In this document: positions 20,497 through 31,288 of the stretch, in pieces
Layout of the letters: each line of letters begins with the position of its first letter
Numbering within the stretch: the first letter of the stretch is position 1
Source of the DNA: Prolixibacteraceae bacterium
GTDB taxonomy: Bacteria; Bacteroidota; Bacteroidia; Bacteroidales; Prolixibacteraceae
NCBI GenBank assembly: GCA_963676095.1
Contig: OY781040.1
Coordinates: forward strand, 5,802,705-5,866,704
Reading direction: 5' to 3'
Length of the DNA: 64,000 nucleotides
Position numbers and translations under genes: made by a program
The notes under the pieces: model-generated
Database searches by the model: none
Told to the model about the DNA's origin: nothing
The model's input: the letters and a program-made list of their open reading frames with translations, nothing else

Positions 20497-23400
20497 ATGA
20501 AAAAAAATGAATCCGGGAAGGACGTCATTTGTCTTCCTGTGTTAAAAAAATTGATGTTAATGGCTCGAATAACAGTTATTCTGTTGCTGGCAGGACTGAT
20601 GCAGGTATCTGCGAAAAGTTATTCCCAGAACATGAAGTTAAACATTGAACTTAGAAATGCAACAATTGCAGCAGTACTAAACCAGATCGAAAATCAGAGC
20701 GAATACCGTTTTTTTTATGACAACGGGCAGATCGATCTTTCCAGAAAGATCGATCTGAATATAGAAAACAGGTCTATCGATGAGATTCTGAAGCAGTTGT
20801 TCGATGGCACACAGATCTCTTATGAAATATCCGGTCGCCGGATACTGTTGGTCCCCAAACCGGGAACAGAATGGATGCAACAACCCAAACAATCAAAAGT
20901 CTCAGGAAAAGTCACAGATTCTTCAGGAACTTCATTGCCCGGAGTTTCCGTAATATTAAAGGGTACTACGTTTGGTACAATTACGGATACTGATGGTAAT
21001 TATTCTCTGAACAATGTACATGCAAACTCTGTATTGATTTTTTCTTTCATCGGAATGAAAAACCAGGAAGTTGAAACAGAAGGAAGAATGATGGTAAATA
21101 TCCGGATGGAAGAAGAAACAGTTGGTATTGATGAAGTCGTGGCCATTGGATACGGGACCCAGAAGAAGGTAAACCTGACCGGATCTGTTGCTTCAATGAC
21201 AACGGAGCGACTCTCTCAGATACCTATCTCAAATATCTCAAACGCTATGGCCGGTCAAATGCCTGGATTATTTTCATTGAATAAATCGAGTAACCCGGGA
21301 ACATCGTCCGATATAACAATTCGCGGGGTAAGTACGGTAAATACCACTTCGCCTATTTATGTTATAGACGGGGTTGTCCGTGATAAAACTGATTTTGACG
21401 GGATTGATCCTAATTCCATTGAAACAATAACGGTACTGAAAGATGCTGCCTCATGCGCCGTATATGGTTCCCGTGCTGCAAATGGAGTTATTCTTGTCAC
21501 AACCAAACGAGGAAAAATTCAGAAGCCGACCTTTAGTTATTCGGCTTTGTTCGGAACAGAAAATCTGACAAAGGATGTCGAAATGATGAATGCTTATGAA
21601 TACGCTACCTATTATGATAAATGTCTGCTTGAAAACGGATATACCTCCGATTATGCCGGATATTTTGCTGATGACGAGAAGGAATATTTTAAAACTCATT
21701 CAACTGATTGGTGGGATCTTTGTACCAAAACGCCCTTTACTCAGCAACACAATCTGAGCGTGAGCGGAGGATCCGAATCAATACAATATTTGCTGTCATC
21801 CGGGTATTATCATCAGAATGGAATCCTGAGGGGAGGGCATAATACTTATGACCGGTATAATCTCCGGTCGAATATCGATGCAAAACTAACCGATAATTTA
21901 AAGATTACTTTGGATATTGATCTGTTACGTTCCGTTAAAGATACTCCTTTCTGGCCGTATAATTCGAGTGAAGATTACCTGGACAACTTATACCAGGGAG
22001 TAAAAAATGCCCCTTCCTATATGCCGGCAAAAATTAACGGTTTGTATGATAAAACTTTTTATGGATGGAATCCGGTTGCTGTCCTTTATGAAGGAGGATA
22101 TAAAAACTACCTGAATAATACGACAAACGCCAAGTTTTCTTTCAAATATGATATTAAGAAGTTAAAAGGTTTGTCAGTCGGAGGTTTGTTTGACTACCGC
22201 TTTTATAATTATAAAAGAAAATTCCTTTCAAAAGCCTATAATCTGTATTCCCACCAAACATCCGGAACCCATAACCACATTGTGTATGACGATGCTGAGG
22301 TTACTTCATATACAACCAGAAGCGATGGTAATTATATCACCAAATACAACAACGATCAATCTTCGTATACATTGAATTTAAATATTAACTATAATCATAC
22401 TTTTGGGAAGCACGACATTGGTGCAATGTTTATTTATGAACAATACGAAGATAAGACCGACTATTTCTATGCGCAAAGAAAGTATCTGCAAGCTGAAGGA
22501 GTTGAACAACTTTGGTCCGGAAGTTCAGGTTATCAATATGCTGACGGGTATGAGGGCGAAAATGGACGTTTGGGGTATATTGGCCGGATTAACTATTCTT
22601 ATGACGACAAATATTTATTCGAAGCAAATTGCCGGTACGACGGATCTATGGTCTTTTCGAAAGACCACCGTTGGGGATTCTTTCCTTCAGTTTCTGCCGC
22701 ATGGAGAATTTCGGAAGAACCATTCGTAAAAGAAAAAGAAAATCTTTCATTTATTGATAATTTAAAACTCAGGGGATCTTATGGGGTTTTGGGAAATGAC
22801 CAGACGACAACTTTCCAATGGGAGCAGAAATATAATATGACGACCGGTGGTGTTTTTGGCAGTGGAACCGGTACCGGTTCTACTGCTGTATATGCAGGGA
22901 CCTATCCTAATCCTGATATCACCTGGGAAAAAACTGCCACTTTTGATCTTGGCGTTGATGCTTCATTCTGGAAAGGGTTACTGAGTATTGAAACAGATTA
23001 TTTTCAAAAAAGAACGACAGATGTATTCCGGGCCAGGACACGTTCTGTTCCGGGGACGTTTGGGGCAACCTTGCCTTCTGAGAATTATGCAGAGATTAAA
23101 AATCACGGGTTTGAATTTAATCTGGCCCACAACAATCATATCGGTAATTTGAAGTATTATGCAAATTTTAACTTCAGTTTTGCCCGAAATAAATGGGTTG
23201 TTGTTGATGAATCTTCAGCTGCAGCCTCATACGATTATCTGCGGCTAACGGGACGTCCGATCAGTTTTATTACCGGGTATGAGGCAGTTGGTATTGCCCG
23301 GACACAAGCCGATCTGGACAACGCTCCAACTTACCAGGGAGTAAAATATGAGCTCGGAGATTTAATTCTGAAGGATCAGGATGACGATAATAATATTACT

Positions 23401-23916
23401 TCTGCAGATCAGGTGGTATTGAGCAAAAAAAGCGGGACTCCGGAAGTTATATATGGCTTTTCTGTCGGTGCAACCTGGAAGAACTTCGATCTGAACATGT
23501 TTTTTCAGGGAGTAGGTAACCGTAAAATTATGTCACCAATAAAAGGGCAGGCATGGAGTGAGCAAACATCATTGAAAGTATGGACAGATACATGGTCGGA
23601 ATCGAACCCCAATGCAAGTATGCCTAAAGTCGGAGGATTGACCACTGCGAAAAACGCCCGTTCAGAAAATTCATCATTCTGGTTAAGGGACGCTTCTTTT
23701 CTGCGTTTGAAAAACGTGGAAATTGGATACACCATACCTAAAACTTTAACAAACAGAATTGGCCTTGATAATTGCAGATTGTTTGTTTCCGGGACGAACC
23801 TGTTCCTTCTCCGGGATAAAATTAAAGTTTATGATCCCGAAAACACCGCTTCTTCAGGCGCCTTTCAGTATCCGTCAAACAGAACTTATGATATTGGTGT
23901 GAATATTTCTTTCTAA
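20497..23916 (+). CDS. SusC/RagA-family TonB-dependent transporter with STN domain
   Basis: STN domain (EYRFFYDNGQIDLSRKIDLNIENRSIDEILKQL); carboxypeptidase-regulatory-like domain (VSGKVTDSSGTSLPGVSVILKGTTFGT); plug and barrel. The ORF as called begins at a TTG at 20461; the first ATG is at 20497. Confidence 0.9.
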   Translation: MKKNESGKDVICLPVLKKLMLMARITVILLLAGLMQVSAKSYSQNMKLNIELRNATIAAVLNQIENQSEYRFFYDNGQIDLSRKIDLNIENRSIDEILKQLFDGTQISYEISGRRILLVPKPGTEWMQQPKQSKVSGKVTDSSGTSLPGVSVILKGTTFGTITDTDGNYSLNNVHANSVLIFSFIGMKNQEVETEGRMMVNIRMEEETVGIDEVVAIGYGTQKKVNLTGSVASMTTERLSQIPISNISNAMAGQMPGLFSLNKSSNPGTSSDITIRGVSTVNTTSPIYVIDGVVRDKTDFDGIDPNSIETITVLKDAASCAVYGSRAANGVILVTTKRGKIQKPTFSYSALFGTENLTKDVEMMNAYEYATYYDKCLLENGYTSDYAGYFADDEKEYFKTHSTDWWDLCTKTPFTQQHNLSVSGGSESIQYLLSSGYYHQNGILRGGHNTYDRYNLRSNIDAKLTDNLKITLDIDLLRSVKDTPFWPYNSSEDYLDNLYQGVKNAPSYMPAKINGLYDKTFYGWNPVAVLYEGGYKNYLNNTTNAKFSFKYDIKKLKGLSVGGLFDYRFYNYKRKFLSKAYNLYSHQTSGTHNHIVYDDAEVTSYTTRSDGNYITKYNNDQSSYTLNLNINYNHTFGKHDIGAMFIYEQYEDKTDYFYAQRKYLQAEGVEQLWSGSSGYQYADGYEGENGRLGYIGRINYSYDDKYLFEANCRYDGSMVFSKDHRWGFFPSVSAAWRISEEPFVKEKENLSFIDNLKLRGSYGVLGNDQTTTFQWEQKYNMTTGGVFGSGTGTGSTAVYAGTYPNPDITWEKTATFDLGVDASFWKGLLSIETDYFQKRTTDVFRARTRSVPGTFGATLPSENYAEIKNHGFEFNLAHNNHIGNLKYYANFNFSFARNKWVVVDESSAAASYDYLRLTGRPISFITGYEAVGIARTQADLDNAPTYQGVKYELGDLILKDQDDDNNITSADQVVLSKKSGTPEVIYGFSVGATWKNFDLNMFFQGVGNRKIMSPIKGQAWSEQTSLKVWTDTWSESNPNASMPKVGGLTTAKNARSENSSFWLRDASFLRLKNVEIGYTIPKTLTNRIGLDNCRLFVSGTNLFLLRDKIKVYDPENTASSGAFQYPSNRTYDIGVNISF

Positions 23917-23938
23917 AACTATTTTAACAATTAGGAAA

Positions 23939-25618
23939 ATGAAAAAAACATACAAAATACTATTCTTGACATCCAGTATCTTTTTCTTTTTATCCTGTAA
24001 TAAAGTACTGGATAAAGAAGATCTTACCAGTATATCAGAATCTACTGTTTTTGGAAGTGAGTCACTGGCCGAAGCTAATTTGAATTATTTTTATCTTTCT
24101 ATACCGGGGTGGGATACTTCTTATAAAGCATGGTCGGATTGCACGGATGAGGCTTCCGGCTCAACAATGTGGACAAACGGAACACTTACTGCTGACAATC
24201 CTTATTGGTATTGGCCATATACTGCCATCCGGAACATTAATACGTTCCTTCAGAAACTGGAAGCCAGTACTGCTGTCGGCGATGAAAGTAAAACCCGTTT
24301 TTATGCTGAGGCTCGTTTTATAAGAGCTTATTTGTATTTCGAAATGTGGAAGTTATATGGTGGAGTACCTGTTTTAACTGAACCTCAATCATTATCCGAC
24401 GATTTGGAGGTAGCCAGGAATTCAACCTTAGAAACCTTTCAGTTTATTTCAGATGAACTCGACTACGCCATTGACAATTTATCCGAGACCGACAATACCG
24501 GAACAAGTGACTTCGGACGGGTTACAAAAGCCGCGGCTTTGGCATTACAGGGACGATTATATTTATTCCGTGCCAGTAAAATGTTTAATCCTAACGGAAC
24601 AGAGAGACTTTGGCAGGAAGCTTATGACAGGAATAAGACGGCTTTAGCGTATCTGGATTCGCATGGCTATGGTATGGTTGATGATTTTTCATCTATCTTT
24701 CTCGAATCAAACGAATTAAATTCGGAAGTAGTATTTAGCCGACGATATGCTTATGGTTATTCTACTCATAATCTGGATGCCTGTATCCGTCCGTTACAAT
24801 GGTCACAAAATTGTACTGGGGGTTGTCATCCAATTCAATATGCAGTAGACAAATTCCCGACAAAAAGCGGGAAAGTCCTTACTTATCCCGACTATTCTTC
24901 TGTAATGAATAGTTATGAAAACCGTGATGACAGATTTTATGCAACGATTGTTTACAACGGAGCCTCATATTTTGATGATCCGATGGAGATTTATTCAAAT
25001 TCGGGAAAGAATTACCGTTATGGTGTCGAAACTTACGGTTCAAGAACCGGCTATTTTTCGAGAAAAGGTATCGTTACGTCGCAAACCATAACCGAAGCCC
25101 AGTCCAGCGGTCGCGACTATTTAGATATTCGTTACACGGAAGTGATGATGAACCTTGCTGAAGCTGCTATTGAGATCGGGACTTCAGATAAGCTATCCGA
25201 AGCATTGGGTATTCTTAAAAAAGTCCGGGCCCGGGCTGGTATTGATCAAACCAATGCCGAAATGCCAGGAAAAGAATATGGTTTTTCGTCTGATATGACC
25301 CAGGGTGAAATGAGAGAAGCGTACAGAAACGAGCGGTTTGTCGAGTTTATGTATGAACAGAAACGTTTTTGGGATATGCGCCGATGGAAAATTTTTGATC
25401 AGGTTATGGTCGGACAAGGATTGCGCTATGCTTTAAATCTTACCAAAAAGGATGATGGATCCTATTCTCAAGAGTTTATTGAGCTGGATGTAACGTCTAT
25501 GATAAATTCTGAAAAAATGTATTTTTTGCCTATGTCTACTTCCGAAATGAATAACAATTCACGTCTGGAGCAGCAAAAAGACTGGGGAGGAACATTCGAT
25601 CCACTGGAAGGAATGTAA
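23939..25618 (+). CDS. SusD/RagB-family nutrient-binding lipoprotein
   Basis: 559 aa; lipoprotein signal (FFFLSC); SusD-type body; directly downstream of SusC. Confidence 0.8.
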   Translation: MKKTYKILFLTSSIFFFLSCNKVLDKEDLTSISESTVFGSESLAEANLNYFYLSIPGWDTSYKAWSDCTDEASGSTMWTNGTLTADNPYWYWPYTAIRNINTFLQKLEASTAVGDESKTRFYAEARFIRAYLYFEMWKLYGGVPVLTEPQSLSDDLEVARNSTLETFQFISDELDYAIDNLSETDNTGTSDFGRVTKAAALALQGRLYLFRASKMFNPNGTERLWQEAYDRNKTALAYLDSHGYGMVDDFSSIFLESNELNSEVVFSRRYAYGYSTHNLDACIRPLQWSQNCTGGCHPIQYAVDKFPTKSGKVLTYPDYSSVMNSYENRDDRFYATIVYNGASYFDDPMEIYSNSGKNYRYGVETYGSRTGYFSRKGIVTSQTITEAQSSGRDYLDIRYTEVMMNLAEAAIEIGTSDKLSEALGILKKVRARAGIDQTNAEMPGKEYGFSSDMTQGEMREAYRNERFVEFMYEQKRFWDMRRWKIFDQVMVGQGLRYALNLTKKDDGSYSQEFIELDVTSMINSEKMYFLPMSTSEMNNNSRLEQQKDWGGTFDPLEGM

Positions 25619-25747
25619 TTTTTTAAGGTTCTATAATAAGGGAGAGATTTGTTCTCTTCCTTATTGATTTTCTGGTAAATGGCATATAAGTCAGGTGAAT
25701 TAATTCTTGTCATATTTCATTTTTTAAATAAAAGAAGTAGTAATAAG

Positions 25748-26227
25748 ATGATAAAAAGGTCCGTGACATTAAACATTAAAAAGAAAAGATTTACAATCGG
25801 ATTTAGTCTGCTTGTTTTAGTCTTGTCGATCAGCCTTTCTTATTATTGGTTCCGGAAAACCAATACCACAGAAATTAAAGGATTTGGTCAAAACATAAGA
25901 GTGTGGAATACGACCATAGCATTTGATACAAAATTTGCAGACCAAAAACATATTTGTCAAATGAAGCCGTCAACGGTAACCTTTCACTTTAAAAATACGG
26001 GAAATAATCCCCTTATTATCTATGATGTCAATGCTTTATGCGGTTGTTTAAAAGTAATGGAGTGGACTGGTTTCCCTATTGTTCCCGGGGCAGGGGGAAC
26101 CTTGAAGATTAAAATAGATACTGACAAGACTGGATTAATTGATAAAGAAGTCCTTGTTTATTCGAATTCAATTCCAAATCCATTCCACCTGAGGATAAAA
26201 GCAACTATTTGTGACCGAAACAACTAA
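25748..26227 (+). CDS. DUF1573-domain protein
   Basis: Membrane anchor plus conserved CGC motif (VNALCGCLKV) characteristic of DUF1573; start taken at the internal ATG at 25748. Confidence 0.55.
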   Translation: MIKRSVTLNIKKKRFTIGFSLLVLVLSISLSYYWFRKTNTTEIKGFGQNIRVWNTTIAFDTKFADQKHICQMKPSTVTFHFKNTGNNPLIIYDVNALCGCLKVMEWTGFPIVPGAGGTLKIKIDTDKTGLIDKEVLVYSNSIPNPFHLRIKATICDRNN

Positions 26228-26278
26228 AATTTTGCAGATAAATTTTATTTTTTTGTACTAAAATAAACCTATTGACCT

Positions 26279-28435
26279 ATGAATTCAAAGAAACTATCCC
26301 TGCCATTTTGCATTATTTTGCTTTTTATTAATAATGCATGCGATATTGCTGAACCACTGAAAGCAGATCCTGTTTGGAACCCGGTTGCTCCAGGCATCTG
26401 GAAAGCAGAATACGGCTCCCCTGAAAAAAACAACTTATTAAATAAATTAGATATTACGCCTAAGCTTGATGCCATTGACAAAATGGGGCAGGCTGATCTG
26501 CCTGTTCGTAAAGAAGATATACGTTTTGAACAGGTTGACGGGAAAACCTATATCCGTTTCCCGCTGGATAAAGAAGAACAGATTTATGGGTTAGGGCTAA
26601 ACTTTAAGACTGTTGGGCAAAGGGGGCGTGTCATGAGGTTGCATGTTGACCACTATGGGGGAAGCGATAACGGGAGAACACATGCTCCTGTCCCTTTTTT
26701 TATATCGTCCAAGGGATACGGGGCATTAATCAATTCGGCCCGTTATATTGACGTATGGTGCGGAACTGGTGTTCGTAAAGACAGTAAGAACCCGCCTGTG
26801 GTACGGGACCGGAATGCCGACAAAAACTGGGATGCCCAGCCTTATTCGGATAATCTGGAGTTCCTTGTTCCCGCCAATGGTGTTGAAGTGATCATTTTCT
26901 CCGGGCCAACCATGCTTGATGTGGTCAGAAGATATAACCTTTTTAACGGAGGTGGATGCCTTCCTCCCAAGTGGGGACTTGGTTTCTGGCAACGGGTACC
27001 TGCTTTGTATTCAGACCGGGATGTACAGAATGAAGTTTCCGAATTTGAAAAGCGGGAATTCCCGTTAAGTGTTATTGGCCTTGAACCTGGCTGGATGTCG
27101 CGGTCTTATCCGTGTACTTATGAATGGGATAATACCCGTTTCCCTGATCCTGAATCGTTTATCCGGAAACTAAAGAAAAAGCATATTCAGACGAATCTTT
27201 GGATCAACCCGTATATCTTGCCGGAAGGGGAACTGTACAAAAAAATTGAACCGTTTACCGCAAGCCATACCGTATGGTGCGGTGTTGTTCCGGATTATAC
27301 CATGGATGAAGTTCAGAAGATTATAACCCAACATTTCGAAAAGTACCAGCTTGATAAAGGGGTGAGTGGGTTCAAAATGGACGAAAACGATGGTTACGAC
27401 TCATGGTTGTGGCCTGACGTGGCAACTTTCCCTTCCGGAACGCCGGCTGAGCAGATGCGGCAAATATATGGTTCATTGATGCAAAGCGTTACGACACAAA
27501 TGTTTCATAACCGGGACCAACGGACGTACGGGCTTGTGCGGTCAGGAAATGCAGGAACTTCATCTTTCCCGTATGTCATTTATAATGATTACTATAATCA
27601 TCGGGATTTTATTACAGCCCTGATTAATAGTTCTTTTATCGGAGTTCTTTGGACACCGGAAGTGAGGGCCTCTAAAAGTGCTGAGGAATGGTTGCGGCGA
27701 ATGCAGACGGTATGTTTCTCCCCGCTGGCCATGCTTAATGCCTGGGCTGACGGAACTAAACCCTGGTCATTTCCGGAAGTGGCGGAAGAAGTGAATGAAA
27801 TTGCAAAACTCCGGATGCAGCTTATTCCATATTTATACACAGCGTTTGCTGATTATACTTTTTCCGGAACGCCTCCTTTCCGGGCTATGAACCTGGAACC
27901 GGAATTTAATAGCCAGGGATCAGAAGAGAAGGGGATACTGGATGGAACGGAAAATCCGTATGCAATGGCTGCAAAACATGAAATAAAAGACCAGTTCATG
28001 GTAGGCGAGAACCTGCTGATCGCACCTCTTTTTGCCGGAGAAAAGGAAAGGGTGGTCATCCTGCCAACTGGGAAATGGTTCGATTTTTACACTGGAAAAC
28101 TGGCCGGGGATGGCGAGATGATAAAGATAAAGGCAGGTAAACAAATACCGGTTTTTGTTAAAGATGGTGGGATTGTACCTTTGTGGCCGGAGTTTGCAAA
28201 AATTGACGGGTCAAAGCTTCCGCTGGAAATCCGGCATTACGGGACCAGGGACGGATCATTCAACCTTTACGATGACGACGGCGAAACGTATAATTACGAA
28301 AAAGGCGAATATACACGCATCACAATAACTATTTCGGTTGACAGACAAGGAAAGAAAACCGGGAAAGTCAGCATTCCTGAAGGGCATAACGTATGGTCGT
28401 TCGACAAATTTAATTTTCACTATATGTCTGAGTAA
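26279..28435 (+). CDS. GH31-family-like alpha-glycosidase (family assignment tentative)
   Basis: 718 aa secreted; TIM-barrel-like region with VSGFKMDENDG, resembling the GH31 nucleophile block (xGxWxDMNE). Confidence 0.45.
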   Translation: MNSKKLSLPFCIILLFINNACDIAEPLKADPVWNPVAPGIWKAEYGSPEKNNLLNKLDITPKLDAIDKMGQADLPVRKEDIRFEQVDGKTYIRFPLDKEEQIYGLGLNFKTVGQRGRVMRLHVDHYGGSDNGRTHAPVPFFISSKGYGALINSARYIDVWCGTGVRKDSKNPPVVRDRNADKNWDAQPYSDNLEFLVPANGVEVIIFSGPTMLDVVRRYNLFNGGGCLPPKWGLGFWQRVPALYSDRDVQNEVSEFEKREFPLSVIGLEPGWMSRSYPCTYEWDNTRFPDPESFIRKLKKKHIQTNLWINPYILPEGELYKKIEPFTASHTVWCGVVPDYTMDEVQKIITQHFEKYQLDKGVSGFKMDENDGYDSWLWPDVATFPSGTPAEQMRQIYGSLMQSVTTQMFHNRDQRTYGLVRSGNAGTSSFPYVIYNDYYNHRDFITALINSSFIGVLWTPEVRASKSAEEWLRRMQTVCFSPLAMLNAWADGTKPWSFPEVAEEVNEIAKLRMQLIPYLYTAFADYTFSGTPPFRAMNLEPEFNSQGSEEKGILDGTENPYAMAAKHEIKDQFMVGENLLIAPLFAGEKERVVILPTGKWFDFYTGKLAGDGEMIKIKAGKQIPVFVKDGGIVPLWPEFAKIDGSKLPLEIRHYGTRDGSFNLYDDDGETYNYEKGEYTRITITISVDRQGKKTGKVSIPEGHNVWSFDKFNFHYMSE

Positions 28436-28578
28436 AGAATTATACTAAAGACATGTAGAAAATGGAATCATGAGAGTCTGGCCTTACATGCAGAGACATG
28501 ACGATTTCCATACTGTCACCGGAATTGAAAATATTTCCATGAAATACGAAAATTGTAAAAAATTAAAAAAAGGAACGA

Positions 28579-30753
28579 ATGAAAAATAGTTATCTGCTTT
28601 TTGTAGTTTTCATGTTTTCAATAACCATTTGTAAAAGTCAGGTCAGTCAGTTCACCCAAAAGGACGACTGGCTGATCAGTAATGGGAAATACAAAGCCTC
28701 GTTAAGTGTATCAGAGAACGGGAAGGACCTCATCCTGAATAACGGACTGGTGAAACGGGTATTCCGGATTACCCCCAATGTGGCCTGTACAGAATATAAA
28801 AATTTGATTAATGGCCAGCAATTGCTCCGGGCCCTAAGACCAGAGGCAGAAATTGTCATCGACGGCAAAAGATATAATGTCGGTGGTTTGTACGGACAGA
28901 AAGAGCAAGCTTATTTATTGCCGGAATGGATTGACTCTTTTATTTCTGATGCAACTGATTTTCGTTTTGTTTCCTATTCGGAGTCCGCTATCGAACCGTT
29001 TATCAAAGGGAAACAAACATTTTGGTCCGGGAATGCCCATTCTCCTTCAGGCAAAATGCTTTCATTTTTCTACACGTCTGATCAGCTAAAAGGGATTGAT
29101 GTGACCGTTTACTATGAACTCTATGACGGTATTCCACTGATTGTAAAAGGGATGTCCATTAAGAACAACAGCGACAGGCCCATCCGGATAGGGCGGGTCG
29201 TCAACGAGAAACTGGCAATTGTCGAGGAAGAAAGTGCCGTAGTAGGTTCGCCGGAACAAATGAAGAAACAGCATGGCATCTATCTTGAAACCAACTATGC
29301 CTTTAACAATGCGATGAGCTATGATCTCAGCGACCAGACGACCCATTGGAACGCTGATTCGCTGTACACCTCGCAGGTTAATTACAGTTATCAGACTCCC
29401 TGTCTGCTTGAAATATATCCTGAAAAGGTAACAGGTATAACATTGTTGCCGGGAGAAACTTATCGTTCTGTAAGAACACACGAATTGCTGATGGACAGTT
29501 ATGACCGGGAACGTCGGGGTCTCGCCATCCGGAAGATGTACCGTACTGTCGCACCATGGACAACAGAGAATCCCATATTTATGCACTTGGTGAGCCGTAA
29601 TGATGAACAGGTAAAAAACGCCGTTGAACAGTGCGTGGAAACCGGCTATGAAGCCTTGATCCTTAGTTTTGGCAGTCACTGTAATATGGAAGATACATCG
29701 GCTGTAAACATAGCAAAATGGAAAGAACTGGCAGATCTGGCACATAGCAGGGGTATTAAAATCGGTGGTTATTCGTTGTTTAGCTCGCGACGGATCAGCG
29801 ATGAAGATGACGTGATTGACCCGGCGAGTGGTTTGCCGGATAAAGCGGCTTTCTTTGGTCATGCACCTTGTCTGGGAAGTAAATGGGGACTGGCTTACAT
29901 CAGCAAGCTGGAGTATTTTATGGCAAAAACAGGTTTTGATATTTTTGAAAATGATGGCCCTTATCCTGGAGATGTCTGTGCATCAACAACTCATCCCGGA
30001 CATGAAGGCCTTGCCGACTCTCAATGGAGGCAGATGGAGTTGCAAAAGGGACTATATCACTGGTGCAATGAACACGGTATTTATGTGAATGCTCCGGACT
30101 GGTATTTTTTGGATGGAACAAATAAAATTGCATTAGGTTACCGCGAAGTAAATTTTGCATTGTCACGCGAACAGCAAAAAATACTGAACCGGCAAAATAT
30201 TTTTGATGGAACATGGGAGAAGACGCCATCGATGGGCTGGGGCTTTGTTCCGTTAACTGCTTACCACGGGGGAGGGAAAGATGCTGTTCTGGAACCGCTT
30301 TCGGAACATTTAAATGACTACGGGCAATTGATGGTTCAGTATTACGGAGCAGGGGTCCAGGCTTGCTATCGCGGACCAAGACTGTTCGATACGGAAGAAA
30401 CAAAACAATTGGTGATCAGGACCATTAATTGGTATAAAAAGCACCGGGAAGTACTGAATTCGGACATCATTCATCTCCGGAGGCCTGACGGACGCGATTG
30501 GGACGGATTTTTACATGTCAATCCCGAAGGTGAGGAAAAAGGATTTCTCCTGCTTTTTAATCCGCTGAAAGAACAGATTACACGGCAAATCAAGATTCCT
30601 GTTTATTATACGGGCATATCCCGGAATGTAATTGTCCGGTTCCGGGATGGAAAAACTAAAACCCTTCCGGTCGGTCGCGATTACATGGTTTCGCTGCAGG
30701 TGACAATACCCGCTGGTAGTTACAATTACTTTGTTTTAAGATCCGGCGATTGA
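28579..30753 (+). CDS. Secreted 724-aa protein, putative glycoside hydrolase of unassigned family
   Basis: Signal peptide; central barrel-like region (LILSFGSHCNMED...IKIGGYSLFSS...FENDGPYPGDVC); last gene of PUL2. Confidence 0.35.
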   Translation: MKNSYLLFVVFMFSITICKSQVSQFTQKDDWLISNGKYKASLSVSENGKDLILNNGLVKRVFRITPNVACTEYKNLINGQQLLRALRPEAEIVIDGKRYNVGGLYGQKEQAYLLPEWIDSFISDATDFRFVSYSESAIEPFIKGKQTFWSGNAHSPSGKMLSFFYTSDQLKGIDVTVYYELYDGIPLIVKGMSIKNNSDRPIRIGRVVNEKLAIVEEESAVVGSPEQMKKQHGIYLETNYAFNNAMSYDLSDQTTHWNADSLYTSQVNYSYQTPCLLEIYPEKVTGITLLPGETYRSVRTHELLMDSYDRERRGLAIRKMYRTVAPWTTENPIFMHLVSRNDEQVKNAVEQCVETGYEALILSFGSHCNMEDTSAVNIAKWKELADLAHSRGIKIGGYSLFSSRRISDEDDVIDPASGLPDKAAFFGHAPCLGSKWGLAYISKLEYFMAKTGFDIFENDGPYPGDVCASTTHPGHEGLADSQWRQMELQKGLYHWCNEHGIYVNAPDWYFLDGTNKIALGYREVNFALSREQQKILNRQNIFDGTWEKTPSMGWGFVPLTAYHGGGKDAVLEPLSEHLNDYGQLMVQYYGAGVQACYRGPRLFDTEETKQLVIRTINWYKKHREVLNSDIIHLRRPDGRDWDGFLHVNPEGEEKGFLLLFNPLKEQITRQIKIPVYYTGISRNVIVRFRDGKTKTLPVGRDYMVSLQVTIPAGSYNYFVLRSGD

Positions 30754-30872
30754 GATTTGCAGACGAACTAATTTTACTAAAGGAAGGGACTGCCCTTGAC
30801 AGAATAATAGTAATTTTTTCATGTTTGCGGATAATCTCTTTTTTAATAGTTTTGTTTGTAAACTTTTGAAAA

Positions 30873-31139
30873 ATGACCGAGGACGAAAAATATTTACTGG
30901 ACAGGATAAAGAAAGGTGATGAAGCTGCGTTCAAAGTCATTTACAATAAATACGTTCCCAAATTGTATTATTTCGTTTACGAGTATGTGCCCTTTAGCGA
31001 TATTGTTGAAAATATCGTTCAGGAAACCTTGATAGTACTGTGGAATAAACGATTGGAACGAAAAGAGAATACCAATTTTGGGGCATATCTTTTTACTGTG
31101 GCCAAGATGCACAGGCAGGTACTGAAAAAGACGGGATGA
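30873..31139 (+). CDS. Truncated ECF sigma factor (region 2 only)
   Basis: 88 aa matching the sigma-70 region 2 N-terminus (KGDEAAFKVIYNKYVPKLYYFVYEY...IVQETLIVLWNKR); no region 4 follows in any frame. Confidence 0.5.
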   Translation: MTEDEKYLLDRIKKGDEAAFKVIYNKYVPKLYYFVYEYVPFSDIVENIVQETLIVLWNKRLERKENTNFGAYLFTVAKMHRQVLKKTG

Positions 31140-31223
31140 TCGTCCGGATGCAGCCAGTACACGTGTTTCCTGGAAAATAGCATTTAGGCAGGAGATAAGG
31201 ATCAAGTGGTACAGATACAAAAT

Positions 31224-31271
31224 CCCGGGAGCAAGCTTAAAAAGATCAGTCTATTCAAATTTGCTCCCGGG
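31224..31271 (-). terminator. Hairpin terminator downstream of the flotillin gene
   Basis: Perfect 11-bp stem cccgggagcaa / ttgctcccggg with a 26-nt loop; on the minus strand it is followed by attttgtatctg, 18 bp after the flotillin stop. Confidence 0.4.
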
Positions 31272-31288
31272 TGGGTTAATCCTGGTTA

